From Lentisphaerota bacterium (lineage in GTDB: Bacteria > Verrucomicrobiota > Lentisphaeria > Oligosphaerales > Oligosphaeraceae): a DNA stretch of 32,144 nt. Made by a program: the position numbers and the translations under genes. Of the stretch, positions 18,095 through 28,643 are shown one piece after another. How positions within the stretch are numbered: the first letter of the stretch is position 1; each line of letters opens with the position of its first letter. Below the pieces are notes generated by a model. The model had not been told where the DNA came from. It did not search any database and saw only the letters and a list, made by a program, of their open reading frames with translations. The stretch covers positions 1 through 32,144 of the forward strand of contig JAAZKQ010000604.1 of the NCBI GenBank assembly GCA_012799755.1, in the 5' to 3' direction.

Positions 18095-21000
18095 TCACGT
18101 TTGGTCTGATTCAAAGGTCGTCAGTAGTTCTCGCAAGGCGGCAACCAGCGCCCGCGGGCTGCCTTGCGGGGCAAGCTGGCGGATCTGGCTTTCAATGGAT
18201 AAACGTATGTGATCCTTTTGACGCTGTTCCTCTCCGGACAGGACCACTGCACCGTCACCATAATTTTGCCAGACCCGTTGGAAGAGCTCACCCATCCCCT
18301 GCGCCAAGCCGGTAAAGCTGTCAATGTCCATGTCGCTCCAATGCTCAAACGGCCGGTTGCAGATCAAGGACAGGGCGGCAACAGGACTGTGCTCGTTCCC
18401 AGCGGCATTGCTGACGCAAGTCAAGAACGGCGAAAGGATGTCGTGCTTCATCCGTGGCAAGAGCCAGGCAGCCCGCCGTTCGAGTTCCAGCCAGGCGTCG
18501 CTGCCCGTTGCCAGTCCGCAAGCACGTAGCAGCACATCGCGTTTCTCCGTCTGCAGCGCAGGCGCAAAACCAGCCAGCGAGGACAGGCTGACATTGAGCT
18601 GGTTGAAAAAGGACTCGACGTCCTTATCACGTTGTTCCCCAGCCCGGAAGGGCGCGAGGCCAAAGCAAGCCGGCAGGTCTTCGAACAAGAGCTGGTCTGG
18701 CGCGGCCGCCAGGAGCAACTTGTCGCGAACGTCCATCGCGGTGTGATCGCCGAGCTTGGCGGTTTTTTGCGTCAACGGCGGCAGGCTGTTGAGCATCCGA
18801 TAGAGCGCACGCACGACTGACGCTGTCTTCGCGGGCTGCTTCAGGCCACGCGCGAGGCGCTCGACGACGGCTTGGCGAATGCCATCGACCTTGGCGCCGG
18901 ATATAGCAAATAGCTCCGGCCGGCGTTGCAACAATTCCAGATGGCCGGTCTGCACTTCAGGAACGAAGGTCTTCTCGCGGTAAAGAAATAGTTCATCCTG
19001 GTAGTGGATATAAAAGGCTGTGAAGAGTATAGGATGAACGCCTTCCGGCAGGCCGTAAGGCACTTGAGCGAGGCGGCTGAACAACTCATCAAGAGGAAGC
19101 TGCGCGATGTCCTCACCGAAGATGCTCTCTTCGAGCAGGTCCCAGCAAGGGCGTAGGTTGCAGGGGTTGTCAGCGGCAGGTGGGCATATTTCCCACTGTT
19201 GGGTATCCGGATTGAAGACGTGCATGCCCGCCGCACGCATAACCGACTCGTAGATGCTTCGTTCAGGCGGATAGCCTTCAATGCCCAGGCACTCAACACC
19301 GCTGTGGGTCAGCATGCGCTCCAGCAGGCTTCGGCGGGCGCCAGCCGCCGCGCTGGAGAGCTTGCCGCGAACGACCAGTTCGTTGCGGACTCTAGGGCTG
19401 AGGTGGTAAATGTGGTCACAGGCGTCCGAGAGCATGCGGTTGACATCGACGGGTTGTCGCGGGTGTTGATTGCGGCCGCGCCAGAGCCATTTGCAGGCAT
19501 TGCCGGCGGGTGCTGGTCGGGGATCAAGCAGTCCCTGTAGTTGCTGAGCGATACGTTGTTCGCCCATGGCCAGGCGGAGACTGAGTTCGCGGCGGGCGAT
19601 GCGGTCGTCGCGCAGCTCGGGAGTGTTCTTCTCGGCCCAGCGCAGGCAGGCCAGTTCTTCGGCAATGCCGCGCAGAGAGTCGATCTGCGTGGGCAGCGCG
19701 ATGATGAGCCGGGGGTGGTCCTGGCTGATTTGCAGTGCGTCCTTGAGCAAGGCGTCCACATTCGCTTGTGGGAGGAGGACGATGATGGCGCCGGCAGCGT
19801 CGGCAAAGTCCTCGGCTCTGCTGAGCAGGCTGCTACTGAGGGCATCGGCATAGAACAGCTGAAAGAAGCGGTTGATGCCGGTCTGCAGGCTGTGGCGGCG
19901 GGCGACCAGCGTGCGCTGGGGCAGGTGCTGGCAGAGCGTCTCCAGCGGCGATACGCTCTCCAGCTGCAGTACGCGGCGGCCTTCATTGAGGCGTGCGAGC
20001 AGGTCCACGTCGCTGCCTTCCCACACGCGGTAGGAATTGTCCAGGCGCCGGTGGGTAATGATGGACTGCCGGCGCAGGAATTCCAGATCATCGGTAAGGA
20101 TATCGGGATTGCCCACCGTGCTGCCCAGGATGTTCGCCGTGGCGCGCAGGGGGCAGATCTCGGCAAGGACATTCATCAGCGCGATGTCCTGAACGAGCTC
20201 CAGCTGCGCGGGGCTGAGTCCATGCCGGCTGTTGATGATGTCGTTGGCTTCCAGCAGGCGCTTGCCGTGCGCGACCCGCGCCAGACTGGCCTCGAAATTG
20301 GCCATGAGGTACGCGAACAGCGCGTGCAGGCGGATGAAGGGATCGGCGGGCGTCATAGTCTGGTCCAGCTGGTATTGGAAGGCGTAGGGCTCGGAGCTGG
20401 TCAGATACGAGAAGATGGACCGCTCATTCTGCGCGAGGCGCCGGAACAGATAGGGCATGGCCAGCAGCAGGGTCGGATGTAGTGGCCAGGCGCGACGAGC
20501 CAAGGCCGCAAACTCGTTGTAATCAAGACCGATGGGCAGCGGCAGCTGCTTGCTGCGAATGGCTTCCAGCGCGGCGGCGAGACCCTGGCGGAATTCCTCG
20601 GGCAGATCGTTGCGGGGCTGCAGGGCCTCGGCGATGAGCCGGATGGTGGTACCGGCCGACTCGTTGAACTGAATGGACTGAAAGCGCTCCTGGACCTTAT
20701 TCCACTCGTTGCGCATGGTCCGGTCTGACAACTCAACGTAGTCATCGAACATCTGATGCAGGGTGATGATGAACAGCAGCGGTATGGCCGTCTGCCGGCT
20801 GGCGTACTCAGCCAGCTCCTGGAAAATATAGACGTCGCCGCCCGCGCGGTCCTGCAGGGCATACTCGAGGGTCTTACCGGCTTCGTCAACCAGCAACAAC
20901 ACGCCGGCGTACTGCTGGGCCTTGGCCTCGCGCTGGATTTCTCCGAGGAACGCGACGACGACGGCCGTGTCGGTCCAATTCTTCGCGCTGATGGCGATTC

Positions 21001-21484
21001 CCAGGCGGCTGCGAATGTCCAACACCCTGGCGCCCTGCTTCATCTCCTTAAGGGCGTCAAGCAGGCCCTCCAACAGCAGCTGGGTGATGGGCCGGCGCCG
21101 CGCCGTGACGGGTATGAGCAAATAGCCGTTGTCGCCGGTCGCCGGCTGGCACAAGGCGTGGAAGCGCTCCCGCAAGTAGGCGTTGTCGCCCTGCAGAGCT
21201 TTGTCAAGATGTTCAGTGGCGGCGGCATTGCGCGTAAGCAGTTGGCAGAGGAACACGGCGAAGGCCGATTTGCCGGTGCCGTAGGGCCCAATCAACGCAA
21301 AAGCCCGCTGGCCATTCTCGGCCAGCAGGCCGTCGCTGAGCCGCTCCAATGCTTGGGCGACATTCGGGGTGACGATGTAGCCATCGGCACTGCTGCGGTT
21401 ATGCCAGTCATTGCGTAAATTGACCGACCGCAAAAAGCGCGGCGCGACAGCGACGTAATCAGATCGTTTCGTCTCGGCAGTCAT
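18095..21484 (-). CDS. sspC: SspC-like P-loop ATPase (1129 aa)
   Basis: RFLRSVNL, Walker A GPYGTGKS, Walker B LLVDEAGK, ITLHQ, WPLHP, QNERSIFSYL, WEGSDVD and PYGL. Start is ATG 21484 with an ATGA overlap with sspB. Confidence 0.8.
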   Translation of the reverse strand: MTAETKRSDYVAVAPRFLRSVNLRNDWHNRSSADGYIVTPNVAQALERLSDGLLAENGQRAFALIGPYGTGKSAFAVFLCQLLTRNAAATEHLDKALQGDNAYLRERFHALCQPATGDNGYLLIPVTARRRPITQLLLEGLLDALKEMKQGARVLDIRSRLGIAISAKNWTDTAVVVAFLGEIQREAKAQQYAGVLLLVDEAGKTLEYALQDRAGGDVYIFQELAEYASRQTAIPLLFIITLHQMFDDYVELSDRTMRNEWNKVQERFQSIQFNESAGTTIRLIAEALQPRNDLPEEFRQGLAAALEAIRSKQLPLPIGLDYNEFAALARRAWPLHPTLLLAMPYLFRRLAQNERSIFSYLTSSEPYAFQYQLDQTMTPADPFIRLHALFAYLMANFEASLARVAHGKRLLEANDIINSRHGLSPAQLELVQDIALMNVLAEICPLRATANILGSTVGNPDILTDDLEFLRRQSIITHRRLDNSYRVWEGSDVDLLARLNEGRRVLQLESVSPLETLCQHLPQRTLVARRHSLQTGINRFFQLFYADALSSSLLSRAEDFADAAGAIIVLLPQANVDALLKDALQISQDHPRLIIALPTQIDSLRGIAEELACLRWAEKNTPELRDDRIARRELSLRLAMGEQRIAQQLQGLLDPRPAPAGNACKWLWRGRNQHPRQPVDVNRMLSDACDHIYHLSPRVRNELVVRGKLSSAAAGARRSLLERMLTHSGVECLGIEGYPPERSIYESVMRAAGMHVFNPDTQQWEICPPAADNPCNLRPCWDLLEESIFGEDIAQLPLDELFSRLAQVPYGLPEGVHPILFTAFYIHYQDELFLYREKTFVPEVQTGHLELLQRRPELFAISGAKVDGIRQAVVERLARGLKQPAKTASVVRALYRMLNSLPPLTQKTAKLGDHTAMDVRDKLLLAAAPDQLLFEDLPACFGLAPFRAGEQRDKDVESFFNQLNVSLSSLAGFAPALQTEKRDVLLRACGLATGSDAWLELERRAAWLLPRMKHDILSPFLTCVSNAAGNEHSPVAALSLICNRPFEHWSDMDIDSFTGLAQGMGELFQRVWQNYGDGAVVLSGEEQRQKDHIRLSIESQIRQLAPQGSPRALVAALRELLTTFESDQT

Positions 21485-22374
21485 TTCCCATCCCCCCGGC
21501 GATAATACGCGCTCAGCAACGACTCGGCCGCGCCGCCCTCCAGACGGCAATGGACTTGGGCAATGCCGGCCGATTCTGTAAAATTGATGGCCGCGCCCCA
21601 GGCGGGTTCCTCTTGCAACTCCTCAATGGCCTCAATCAGGGTGTTTTCATCCAGCATGAAGACTTGGCCCGGACTGCCCTCTTTGTACAGCACGCTCTGG
21701 ATGGTCATCGCTTTTTTGTTCGCGCGAGCAAAATACTCACTGAGCGCATAGCCGATGATCGCCGCCGGCAATGACGCCTTGGCGCCAATGGCAAAACGAT
21801 AGAAATCGCCGCCATTCATCGCCTGGATGAGCCCCAACTCCTGAAACGGACAGTCGAAGCTGTCATCGCCGCTCTTCTTTTTCTCAAAGCGCCGGCTGCC
21901 GCAATAAGACCGCACATAGCAATCGACGTCGCGCATGACCACGCTGTCCGCCGGCGGCTTCTTGCCCTCAGCCCAGAAACGCAACAGCGCCTCGGCCACG
22001 TCCTGCCGCGTGAACTCCGGCTTGCGGATGTGCGAAAACATCGCTGTGCCGGCGGTCGCGTAATACGGATTGGCCATGAGTCGCCAATGCAAGAGCCACC
22101 ACGACGCCTGGTCTTCCAAATACGGGTCCCAGCCGCCGTCCTCAGCCAGCAAGGCCCGGGCAAAAGGCGTGACCGCGCCGTCGGCAATGATGCCCGTCAG
22201 CTCACACCAGTACTGAATGCTGCCGACCATGTTCTTGCCAACCCCGAGGTCGACGATGGCCGTTTCAGCAGCAAAACTCTTCTCCCCAAGCGTGTACTCG
22301 TAGCCCTTCTGCAACCACCCATATCGTAGCGAAAAGGTCTGATGACCCGATAATTTCACCCGCTGTTTGCTCAT
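21481..22374 (-). CDS. sspB: DUF4007-family protein (SspB)
   Basis: SGHQTFSLRYGWLQKG, LGVGKNMVGSIQYW, WDPYLED...WLLHWRL, CPFQELGLI and SPGQVF are typical DUF4007 motifs. It is the first gene of the operon. Confidence 0.88.
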   Translation of the reverse strand: MSKQRVKLSGHQTFSLRYGWLQKGYEYTLGEKSFAAETAIVDLGVGKNMVGSIQYWCELTGIIADGAVTPFARALLAEDGGWDPYLEDQASWWLLHWRLMANPYYATAGTAMFSHIRKPEFTRQDVAEALLRFWAEGKKPPADSVVMRDVDCYVRSYCGSRRFEKKKSGDDSFDCPFQELGLIQAMNGGDFYRFAIGAKASLPAAIIGYALSEYFARANKKAMTIQSVLYKEGSPGQVFMLDENTLIEAIEELQEEPAWGAAINFTESAGIAQVHCRLEGGAAESLLSAYYRRGDGK

Positions 22375-22715
22375 GTCTCACCCTTATATGATCATCGCCA
22401 TGGCCGGCAATGCTGTCTCCCAACCCGCATCCGCAATCCCGATTCCGGCTGAGGTCGCTTATCCACTGTCGGCGGATGGCAACCGCCTCCCCGCCACGTT
22501 TTCATCTCAAATTAACCATTGGCACCATAACAGACGTCCCGGCAATGCAATGTACAATCCAGCACCATACGCACTCACTGAGCGCCAAAGACTGGCCCAA
22601 GGGGAGCAACGCAGAACTATGCCTCCACCTTACTGAGCTCTGCAGGGTAGAGCGCATAAAGTAACGCTAGTTCCCACCTTTGCCCAATTTTTGCCAGGCG
22701 GAGAAGAGTGCGCGT

Positions 22716-24357
22716 GTAACCGGTCACTCTTTGATATTGACCAGATGTCAGCAACTGGACAACTTAGCGCCGTCGGCGCTTAACCATGCTTAACCCCAGC
22801 CTTCAGGCTGGGGTGGCGAGCTTTCCCATGAGGTAGTGCCTTGTAAAGGCACAACAGCAGAAAATGACCACCGGTATGACCGCTATCAATCGGTGCCGGT
22901 TACGTGCGCGTGAAGGCTCTGCCGCGCGTCTGGGATATTCGCGTCATGCGAAGAGCTGCCGCGAGAGGTAAAACAGGAAACAACGGTATACAAGACCACC
23001 AGGAGAAAGGACGAAAAAGACCGAAAAGACTAAAACAACAAAGAGATACGAAAGACTATGCCAACTTGTGTCCATTGAGTCCATGGATGTGTGCCCGACG
23101 CTCTCCTAAGGCGCGGGCCTACGACAACAGCGTAAACGAGTTCGCCGCGGGGACGGCGGGCGTTCCCGGGTGGGCGTTCCCGGCGTATGAGCAGGCTGCG
23201 GGTGGTGGCGAGGGGAGGCAAAAAATAAAAAACTGGAATTCCATGTAAATTCTTTCCAGACAGTGGCGGCGCTTGTGTATGGCTTTAAGTCGAAACAAGC
23301 GCAAAGGCTGATTTTGTCTGGGAAGAGTTTCCAGATTGCGGTTATACTGGAAGACAGAACCGGTAGAAGCCACGTAAACAAGCGACGCAGACTCAGCGCC
23401 GGAGAAAAATACGGTGTTATTGAGGAGGCTCAAGTGGATTGCGTTGCCCGCTCAGAGTCCAACGGTGTCGTTGAGCGTCAGCGCTGCCGCACCAGCGCGG
23501 CGGCGCGCAGCGAGCTGTCGCCACCCCGTACTATCAGCAATCCAAGACGTCGTTGCGGCGCAAGCGGTCACCCATTGGTATTCGCAGCCTCGGCAAGCTG
23601 CCATGGACAGTATGGACGCTGCACATGTGTCGCCTTTCCAAGGCTCTGTTTCGGGGGGGACGCCTGGCCCCGGGTTCCGCTTCGCTCCACCCGGGGTTAC
23701 TCATGGTGCCAGCTCTCCGAGCTTGCCTTTCAACCAGTGCTTGTGTCGCGTCGCGCACTGGGCGCAGTTATCAACGGATGCCGCTACCATTGCGGTCGTA
23801 AGCGGTCACTCATTGATATTCACAGCACAGTCGGGAAACAGGCGTGCTTGGTGTTGCTTGCGGGGTGATGTTCCGCTGCGGGCTGCAAGCCCGCAGCACG
23901 GTCGGCGTATGTGTGTGCTGGGGGGCGTTTGCGGGGTCATGTCACGCCGCGTGCTGCAAGCCCGCAGCACGGCCGGGAAACAGGCGCCTGTCCACCATGT
24001 CCACTTTATCAATGGGTGACCGGCTACTTGCGGTCCGTAACCGGTCACCGATTGATAATTGGCTGTTTTCTGTTGCTTTGCGATGGAAACCATCTTTCGT
24101 GTTGGCTATGTCGCACCCTTGCAGGGTGCAATTTCGGAGGGACGCTCCACCCAGGGCGGCGCGCGCTTTCAGCGCAGCTTGCCCTGGGCTGGTATGTTTT
24201 GCGCCTTCAGCGCTGAAAACCAAAGAGGCGACAGGAAAACGCAAACACAGCGGCCTTCCTACACCAAGCAGCCTACTCTCAAAAAAATCTGCGCAAATCT
24301 GCGGAATCTGCGGATAAAAAACGTCTGTTATCAATGGGCAACCGGTTACTTGCGGTC
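22716..24357. repeat. Series of imperfect palindromes (TATCAATGGGTGACCGG...GTAACCGGTCACCCATTGATA) enclosing different hairpin elements
   Basis: Full or degenerate copies at 23532-23580, 23769-23818 and 24007-24057; half copies at 22716-22736, 22884-22903 and 24329-24357. Confidence 0.75.
23821..23978. repeat. Inverted copies of the 71-bp REP-like unit seen at 1043-1406
   Basis: GCTGCGGGCTGCAAGCCCGCAGCACGGTCGG at 23875, a second copy at 23946 (71 bp period) and a partial CAGCACAGTCGGGA at 23823. These match the reverse complement of the left-hand unit. Confidence 0.8.
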
Positions 24358-24520
24358 TGGCTTGAAGACGACAACGGACAGCGCCTACCCGGCGGACTGC
24401 GTTATATTAGGGCTGTTGACTGCGTCTGTTGACGCAGGTGTCCAAATGGGCGCGGTATAGCAAGCAAGCCAAGGGGCCTGGTGCTTATTTTTTCCAATCC
24501 CGGGGAAGTTAGGACAAAGT

Positions 24521-25468
24521 ATGACCAAACAAGGAATCGCTGTCGTGGCGGTGGGCGGCAATGCCCTCATCAAGGATAAAAACCGCCAAAGCATCCAGGA
24601 TCAGTACGAGTGCGCAAAGGACACGATGGTTCACATCGTGGACATGATTGAAAACGGCTGGGAGGTGGTTGTCACCCACGGCAACGGCCCCCAAGTCGGA
24701 TTTAATTTGCGCCGCTCTGAACTGGCAAGGGAGGTTCTGCATGAAGTCCCACTGGACAGCTGTGGCGCGAACACCCAGGGCACCATCGGCTATATGTTCC
24801 AAATGGCTCTGTACAACGAATTCAAGCGCCGCGGGCTCAATAAGGTCGCGGCCACGGTCGTCACCCAGGCCGTTGTTGACAAACACGACCCGGCATTTGA
24901 GCATCCTACCAAGCCCATCGGCAGTTTCATGGATGAGCTTGAGGCAAAATCCCGCCGAGCCAATGACGGCTGGACTGTTGTGGAAGATGCCGGCCGCGGC
25001 TGGCGGCGAGTGGTGCCCTCGCCACGGCCGATTTCAATTGTTGAAGCCGATGCCATCCATCAGCTGATTGATGCCGGCTTTACGGTGGTCGCTGTGGGCG
25101 GTGGCGGTATCCCGGTAATTGAGCTTGAGGATGGCACGCTGACTGGCATCGAAGCGGTGATTGACAAGGATTTCGGTTCGTCATTGCTGGCAAAATTGAT
25201 TGGCGCGGATTTGTTTGTGATCAGCACCGCAGTCGAAAAGGTAGCGCTTGATTTCAACACGCCGGCGCAAAAGTGGCTGGATCGCATGACCATCGCAGAA
25301 GCCAGGCAGTACGTTTCAGAAGGTCATTTTGCCTCCGGCAGCATGCTGCCAAAGATTCAAGCGTGTATTCAATTCATCGAAAATGGCGGCAAAAAAGCCC
25401 TGATTACCGATCCTGAGCATATCAGCGACGCCCTGGCAGGCAAGACCGGCACCTGGATTCTTCCTTGA
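24521..25468 (+). CDS. arcC: Carbamate kinase
   Basis: VVAVGGNAL, THGNGPQVG, TQGTIGY, DPAFEHPTKPIG, EDAGRGWRRVVPSP, GGGGIPV, EAVIDKD and GSMLPK. Confidence 0.95.
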   Translation: MTKQGIAVVAVGGNALIKDKNRQSIQDQYECAKDTMVHIVDMIENGWEVVVTHGNGPQVGFNLRRSELAREVLHEVPLDSCGANTQGTIGYMFQMALYNEFKRRGLNKVAATVVTQAVVDKHDPAFEHPTKPIGSFMDELEAKSRRANDGWTVVEDAGRGWRRVVPSPRPISIVEADAIHQLIDAGFTVVAVGGGGIPVIELEDGTLTGIEAVIDKDFGSSLLAKLIGADLFVISTAVEKVALDFNTPAQKWLDRMTIAEARQYVSEGHFASGSMLPKIQACIQFIENGGKKALITDPEHISDALAGKTGTWILP

Positions 25469-25596
25469 CCACCTGAGCCTGCCGCGCCTGTTTTTGCCAA
25501 TTTCCGGGGAAGTTAGGCTGAAGTCCGCAGTACGGTTGGGAAACAGGCGCTTGGCTGGCGAGGGTGAACGGGGACGATAGGGCGAGGTGGGGCCGA

Positions 25597-25619
25597 AAGC
25601 GGCTGGAAGCCGCTTCTAC
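25597..25619 (-). repeat. GTAG-type REP-like hairpin
   Basis: The minus strand reads GTAG-AAGCGGCTTCCAGCCGCTT, with a perfect 8-bp stem. Confidence 0.6.
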
Positions 25620-25668
25620 TCTGGTCGGGGAACGGGGTGTTTAGGCCCCATTGTCCCCTGACATAGGT

Positions 25669-25755
25669 CCCATTGGTCTCCTACGTCCCATAGGGCCCAT
25701 TGGTCTCCTACGTCCCATAGGGCCCATTGGTCCCCTACGTCCCATAAGTCCCATT
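25669..25755. repeat. 27-bp tandem repeat (3 copies plus partial) with 9-bp sub-periodicity
   Basis: CCCATTGGTCTCCTACGTCCCATAGGG at 25669 and 25696, and a variant at 25723. It lies between the convergent arcC and leuB. Confidence 0.9.
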
Positions 25756-25811
25756 TCTTGTTTTTGCGGAACGCTTGGCGAAGCGGCTGGATCACTGACG
25801 CTCCGGGCGGT

Positions 25812-26875
<1,064 letters not shown>

Positions 26876-26879
<4 letters not shown>

Positions 26880-27355
26880 GCGAGTTCCTCCATGGCCTTG
26901 AAGAGGCCGCCCTTGCTGATGATCTTCTGCAGAAAGGGCGGGAAGGGGGGGAAGTTGCCCTCGCTGTTCTTGCTGAGATTGCGGACTTTGCCCTCGGCAA
27001 AATCAATTTCGAGCTGGTCGCCTTCGTCAATGTCGCCGGGGAATTCGACGATGGGCAGTCCGATATTGATGGCATTGCGGTAGAAGATGCGGGCGAAACT
27101 CTTGGCGACGACGCAGGCGATGCCGGATTCTTTGATGGCGATGGGTGCGTGTTCGCGGGACGAGCCGCAGCCGAAGTTGTTGCCGCCGACCATGATGTCG
27201 CCTGCTTTGACGCGCTTGACGAAGGTCGCGTCAAGGTCTTCCATACAATGCGCGGCCAGTTCTTTGGGGTTGGAGGTGTTCAGATAGCGTGCGGGAATGA
27301 TCACGTCGGTATCAACGTTGTCGCCGTAGCGGATGACAGTGCCGGTTGTTTTCAT
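26876..27355 (-). CDS. leuD: 3-isopropylmalate dehydratase small subunit (short type)
   Basis: [27 protein letters not shown] and [14 protein letters not shown]. Confidence 0.95.
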
Positions 27356-27383
27356 CGTGAGTGTACCTCTTTTTCTACATGCT

Positions 27384-28643
27384 TCAGGGTTTGGCGGGAT
27401 CGGTGATGACGCCGGTCAGGGCGGACGCGGCGGCGACTTCAGGGCTGGCCAGGTAAACTTCGCTTTCGGGATGGCCCATGCGGCCGACGAAGTTGCGGTT
27501 GGTGGTGGCTACGGCCCGTTCGCCTCGGGCGAGGATGCCCATGTGTCCGCCCAGACAGGGACCGCAGGTCGGCGTGGACACGGCGGCGCCGGCTTCGACG
27601 AAGATTTCGAGCAGGCCTTCTCGCAGGGCTTGCAGGTAGATTTTCTGGGTGGCCGGGATGATGATGGTGCGGACCTGCGGGCTGACCTTGCGGCCCTTGA
27701 GGATTTTCGCGGCGACTTGCAGGTCGGAGAGGCGGCCGTTGGTGCAGGAACCGATGACGACCTGGTGGATTTTCACTTCCGGCATATTGTCGAAGGTGCG
27801 GGTATTGGACGGCAGATGGGGGAAGGCGACGGTGGAGGTGATGCTGCCCAGATCAATGTCCATGACGTCGTCGTATTCGGCGTTGGCGTCGGCTGCGAAA
27901 GTCACGGGTTTCTTTTGCGAGTGGTCGGCGATGTATTGCAGGGTCTTGGCATCCACGGGGAAGATGCCGTTTTTGGCGCCGGCCTCAATGGCCATATTGC
28001 AGATGCAGAGGCGGTCGTCCATGCTCAATGCGGCAACGCCGTCGCCGGTGAATTCCATGGACTTGTAGAGGGCGCCGTCCACGCCGATTTTGCCGATGAT
28101 GTGGAGGATGACGTCCTTGCCGCTGACCCATTGGCGCAGCTTGCCGCGGAGCTTGATTTGCATGGCCCGGGGCACCTTGAACCAGGCTTTGCCGTGGGCC
28201 ATGGCGACGGCCATGTCCGTGGAGCCGACGCCGGTGGAGAAGGCGCCCAGCGCGCCGTAGGTGCAGGTGTGGCTGTCGGCGCCGATCACCAAGTCACCGG
28301 CGACCACCAGGCCGCGTTCCGGCAACAGCGCGTGTTCGACGCCCATGTCGCCGACGTCAAAGTAGTTGACGATGCCCTTTTCGGCGGCGAAGTCGCGGAC
28401 TTTTTTGGTTTGTTCGGCGGCCTTGATGTCTTTGTTGGGGGTGAAATGGTCCATGACCAGGGCGATCTTCCGACAATCGAAGACGCCGCAGGCGCCGGCC
28501 TTGCGGTACTCGTCAATGGCGACGGGGGCGGTGATGTCGTTGCCGAGCACGAGATCGAGCTTGGCCATGATCAACTCGCCGGGGCTGACGGATTCTCTGC
28601 CGGCGTGCGCCGCCAGGATCTTCTGACTCATTGTCATTTTCAT
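27384..28643 (-). CDS. leuC: 3-isopropylmalate dehydratase large subunit (short LeuC/HacA type, 419 aa)
   Basis: [29 protein letters not shown] and NRNFVGRMG. Likely start is ATG 28643 ([10 protein letters not shown]) with RBS GGAGAG. Confidence 0.95.
   Translation of the reverse strand: MKMTMSQKILAAHAGRESVSPGELIMAKLDLVLGNDITAPVAIDEYRKAGACGVFDCRKIALVMDHFTPNKDIKAAEQTKKVRDFAAEKGIVNYFDVGDMGVEHALLPERGLVVAGDLVIGADSHTCTYGALGAFSTGVGSTDMAVAMAHGKAWFKVPRAMQIKLRGKLRQWVSGKDVILHIIGKIGVDGALYKSMEFTGDGVAALSMDDRLCICNMAIEAGAKNGIFPVDAKTLQYIADHSQKKPVTFAADANAEYDDVMDIDLGSITSTVAFPHLPSNTRTFDNMPEVKIHQVVIGSCTNGRLSDLQVAAKILKGRKVSPQVRTIIIPATQKIYLQALREGLLEIFVEAGAAVSTPTCGPCLGGHMGILARGERAVATTNRNFVGRMGHPESEVYLASPEVAAASALTGVITDPAKP

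Larger units (their letters stand above)
1474..22374 (-). other. Nine-gene phosphorothioation-type defence operon / genomic island
   Basis: All genes are co-directional with ATGA overlaps, 8-bp overlaps or gaps under 20 bp. Content: DUF4007, P-loop ATPase, PAPS reductase, cysteine desulfurase, DndF/G/H-like trio, second DUF4007 and second ATPase. No integrase or transposase is visible in the window. Confidence 0.8.

Noticed and set aside
19309-21418. ORFs 19541..20482, 20756..21418 and 19309..20172
   Set aside because: They are shadow or alternate frames of the SspC-like gene.
12169-21550. ORF-track starts at 12213, 14006, 16221 and 21550
   Set aside because: Downstream ATGs (12168, 13823, 16107, 21484) overlap the preceding stop codons and fit translational coupling better.
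16100-22374. BREX type 4 or classical DndABCDE
   Set aside because: No PglZ, BrxL, DndB, DndD or DndE is recognisable. The order DUF4007-ATPase-PAPS reductase-desulfurase fits Ssp better.
23532-24357. CRISPR array or integron attC cassette array
   Set aside because: Intervals of ~190-270 bp are too long for CRISPR spacers. There is no RYYYAAC/GTTRRRY core, cassette ORF or integrase.
22367-24460. Short ORFs in the long intergenic region (e.g. 23263..23868, 23414..24019)
   Set aside because: They run through palindromic repeats and have no RBS or recognisable domain. A decayed gene fragment near 23220-23500 cannot be excluded.
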